Origin: an uncultured Actinomycetes bacterium
GTDB taxonomy: Bacteria > Actinomycetota > UBA4738 > JBBDTT01
Direction of reading: 5' to 3'
Assembly (NCBI GenBank): GCA_963742735.1
Contig: CAVUMN010000002.1
Span: 32,001 to 96,000 of the forward strand
DNA length: 64,000 nt
This document shows positions 61,398 to 64,000 of this stretch, piece after piece. Within the stretch, counting starts at the first letter, position 1. The number at the start of each line of letters is the position of its first letter. The position numbers and the translations under genes were made by a program. The notes under the pieces were generated by a model, which was given only the letters and a program-made list of their open reading frames with translations, made no database searches and was not told the DNA's origin.

Positions 61398-62945
61398 ATG
61401 CGTGGCAGGTCCATCGCTCTGTTCAGCATCCTGACGCTCGTGGCGGGCCTTCTGGGCCTCACCGCGGCGTACGCCGGCGGCTCCCCGACCACCCGCGTGG
61501 TGGACGACGACGGCATGGCGGTCCTGGGGAACTGCGACTCGGCGACGGCGACCTTCTCCACGATCCAGGCGGCGGTGGACGCGGCGAACACCGCTGACAC
61601 CATCAAGGTGTGTCCGGGGCTGTACGAGGAAGCGGTGGACGTGGGCAAGACCCTGGAGATCCTGGGTGCCCAGTCCGGGATCGACGGCCGCACCCGTCCC
61701 GGGACGCTCGCCGGGGAATCCGTGGTGAGCCCGCTCAATGAGCCCGGTGCGGGCTTCTACGTCAACGCCCCGAGCGTGGTCATCAACGGGTTCACCCTCC
61801 AGCTGTGGGAAGGGTCGGCCATCGACAGCACGCAGAGCCCTCCGTTCGTGGCCGCCGGTCTCCGGGTCCTGAACAACATCTTCAGGCAGAACGGAACCGG
61901 TCTCCTGATCGGCTCGGACAACAGCCTGGCCCGGCGGAACCTGTTCGAGGACAACTTCTTCGGGATCCACATGGTCACCGGGACGAAGGCCACGTTCACG
62001 ACCAATGAGTTCCTCGGCAACGAGATCGGCATCCTGCTCCAGGGGCAGATCCTTTGTCAGGGGTACTGCACCGGGGGTGCCCAGGGCTTCCCGACGGACG
62101 TCACTATCTCGACCAACGAGATCGTGGGGCCCGAGCAGGCGCCTGCCGGCTCAGGAGAGCCCACGGGGATCGAGGCCAACAACACGACCGGCCTGCGGAT
62201 CATCGGCAACACCATCTCCGAGGTCGGTGCGGGCATCTGGTTGGTCGGGGGCAACGACGCCACGACCATCGAGACGAACACCGTGACCGACACGGGACGC
62301 GCGGTCCTGCTCGGCCTCGGCATCTTCGAGAACGCGATTACCTACATCAACGCCAACCCGAACTCGAACGTGACCGTCAAGTCGAACGGCCTCACGAACG
62401 GCGGAATCGGCGTCCTGCTGGAGGAGTTCTCCCTGGAGGGATCGATGGTCGTCTCCCGCAACACGATCTCGGGCAACGAGTTCGGGATGTCCAATTTCTC
62501 GAGCACCCAGGTGAACGCGGCCGAGAACTGGTGGGGCCACGCCTCCGGCCCGTCGGAGTGGTCGAACGGGACGGGTGACGGCGTGGGAGTCGAGATCCGG
62601 TTCTTCCCGTGGGCGACCAACGCCACGTTCACCGCGTTCGCCAAGTGCAAGAACACGCCGACGGCCGCGAACCAGACCATCAACGGGACCACCGGCAACG
62701 ACATCCTGTGCGGCGGCGGCGGTCAGGACACCATCGACGGCAAGGCCGGAAACGACCTCATCCTGGGCGACGCCGGCAGCGACATCCTGATGGGCGCGCT
62801 CGGCGACGACGCCATCCTGGGTGGCCAGGGCGACGACACCCTGAACGGCAACGCCGGGTTCGACCACCTGCAGGGCCAGGCCAACACCGACACCTGCATC
62901 GTCGGGGTGGACGGAGGACTGACCGCCACCTGCGAGGGACCGTAA
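61398..62945 (+). CDS. Secreted beta-helix/RTX protein, copy 3
   Basis: Paralog; SD AAGGAGG. Confidence 0.9.
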   Translation: MRGRSIALFSILTLVAGLLGLTAAYAGGSPTTRVVDDDGMAVLGNCDSATATFSTIQAAVDAANTADTIKVCPGLYEEAVDVGKTLEILGAQSGIDGRTRPGTLAGESVVSPLNEPGAGFYVNAPSVVINGFTLQLWEGSAIDSTQSPPFVAAGLRVLNNIFRQNGTGLLIGSDNSLARRNLFEDNFFGIHMVTGTKATFTTNEFLGNEIGILLQGQILCQGYCTGGAQGFPTDVTISTNEIVGPEQAPAGSGEPTGIEANNTTGLRIIGNTISEVGAGIWLVGGNDATTIETNTVTDTGRAVLLGLGIFENAITYINANPNSNVTVKSNGLTNGGIGVLLEEFSLEGSMVVSRNTISGNEFGMSNFSSTQVNAAENWWGHASGPSEWSNGTGDGVGVEIRFFPWATNATFTAFAKCKNTPTAANQTINGTTGNDILCGGGGQDTIDGKAGNDLILGDAGSDILMGALGDDAILGGQGDDTLNGNAGFDHLQGQANTDTCIVGVDGGLTATCEGP

Positions 62946-63013
62946 GCGAAGAGGGCTCCATTCCATCGGCACGTGAACGGGCGGCGGTGGCCGGCCCAGA
63001 GGGAGGACGAACG

Positions 63014-64000
63014 ATGCGAGGACGCGCGGCTCTGCTCTGCATCCTGACCCTGGCCGGAAGCCTCTACGGGATCATCGGGGCCCAGGCCGGTCCCGGGGCG
63101 ATCACCATCATGGTCGACGACGACGGTATGGCCGCGGTCGGCAACTGCGGCTCGGCCACGGTCACCCACGACACGATCCAGGAGGCGGTGGACGCCGCGA
63201 TCTCCGGGGACACCATCAGGGTGTGTCCGGGGACCTACCCGGACCCGGTCCTCGTGGACAGGACCCTGGAGATCCAGGGCGCCCAGGCCGGGGTCGACGC
63301 ACGCACCCGGCCCGGAACGCTCTCCGCGGAATCCGTCCTCGACGGGGTGGACGGCGAATTCGACGGGATCGCCGTCGCCGCCCCGAACGTGGTCATCTCC
63401 GGGTTCACGTTCCTCAACTGGGACCGGGCGGTGGGGACGGCGGCGAGCGCGTCGCCCGCGCTCCGGGTCCTGGACTCCATCTTCACGAACAACTTCACGG
63501 GCGTCCACATCGACTCGGACAACAGCCTGGTCCGTCGGAGCCGCTTCCAGGACGGCACCCTCGGCATCCGGATGGTCGGAGGGACGAAGGCGCTGTTCAC
63601 GCTGAACGAGTTCGAGGGCAACATCGTCGGCATCCTGATCGAGGGGGGCTTCTGCGACCTCTGCGCCCAGGGAACGCCCGTGGTGAGTCTGCCTGCGGAC
63701 ATCCGGATTCATCGCAACGACATCCAGGGGGGCGCGGTGATTCCGACCGGACCGTTGTCTACGACGGGGATCGAGTCCGAGGCCGCGACCGGCCTGACGA
63801 TCACGGAGAACACCATCTCCGGGCTCGGCCGCGGAATCTGGCTCATCGAGGGCAACGACACGGTGACCATCGAGCTGAACGACGTGGACGACTCGACGGT
63901 CGCCCTCCTCCTGGGCTTCGGCCCGAAGGAGGTCGAAACCACGGGGATCTGCTGCTTCGGCCCGAACTCGAACATCTCGGTGAGGTCGAACCGGTTCACC
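63014..64000 (+). CDS. Secreted beta-helix protein, copy 4 (truncated by window end; absent from ORF track)
   Basis: MRGRAALLCILTLAGSLYGIIGAQAGPGAITIMVDDDGM..., open to the edge; SD GGGAGG. Confidence 0.88.
   Translation, partial: MRGRAALLCILTLAGSLYGIIGAQAGPGAITIMVDDDGMAAVGNCGSATVTHDTIQEAVDAAISGDTIRVCPGTYPDPVLVDRTLEIQGAQAGVDARTRPGTLSAESVLDGVDGEFDGIAVAAPNVVISGFTFLNWDRAVGTAASASPALRVLDSIFTNNFTGVHIDSDNSLVRRSRFQDGTLGIRMVGGTKALFTLNEFEGNIVGILIEGGFCDLCAQGTPVVSLPADIRIHRNDIQGGAVIPTGPLSTTGIESEAATGLTITENTISGLGRGIWLIEGNDTVTIELNDVDDSTVALLLGFGPKEVETTGICCFGPNSNISVRSNRFT

Noticed and set aside
59380-62900. Repeats suggesting CRISPR or a diversity-generating retroelement
   Set aside because: They are coding RTX blocks in paralogous genes; no spacer periodicity, cas genes or reverse transcriptase in the window

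Overview
High-GC actinobacterial chromosome segment; the lineage is inferred from gene order, promoter motifs and LexA box type. The backbone is core: rodA, rne-rplU-rpmA, obgE-proB-proA, nadD-LCP-rsfS, tRNA-Ala(GGC), leuS-comEA-comEC-holA. Accessory blocks are: (i) a ~6.2 kb serine-integrase island at the tRNA-Ala 3' end, with 15-bp att repeats, an att site inside the integrase gene, and cargo of a complete guaA plus Cys-rich secreted proteins; (ii) a LexA-boxed DUF222/HNH gene; (iii) secreted alpha/beta-hydrolases and an ECF sigma/anti-sigma pair that shares a promoter motif with a cupredoxin gene; (iv) three tandem divergent DegV genes leading directly into a 1503-aa zinc-ribbon/kinase/STAND-ATPase/helical/adenylate-cyclase gene; (v) at least four tandem, mosaic secreted beta-helix/RTX genes running off the right edge. 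Six single-base frameshifts between 8.8 and 19.2 kb look like assembly errors. No CRISPR array or rRNA was seen. All family assignments come from motif recognition by eye; no database searches were run.
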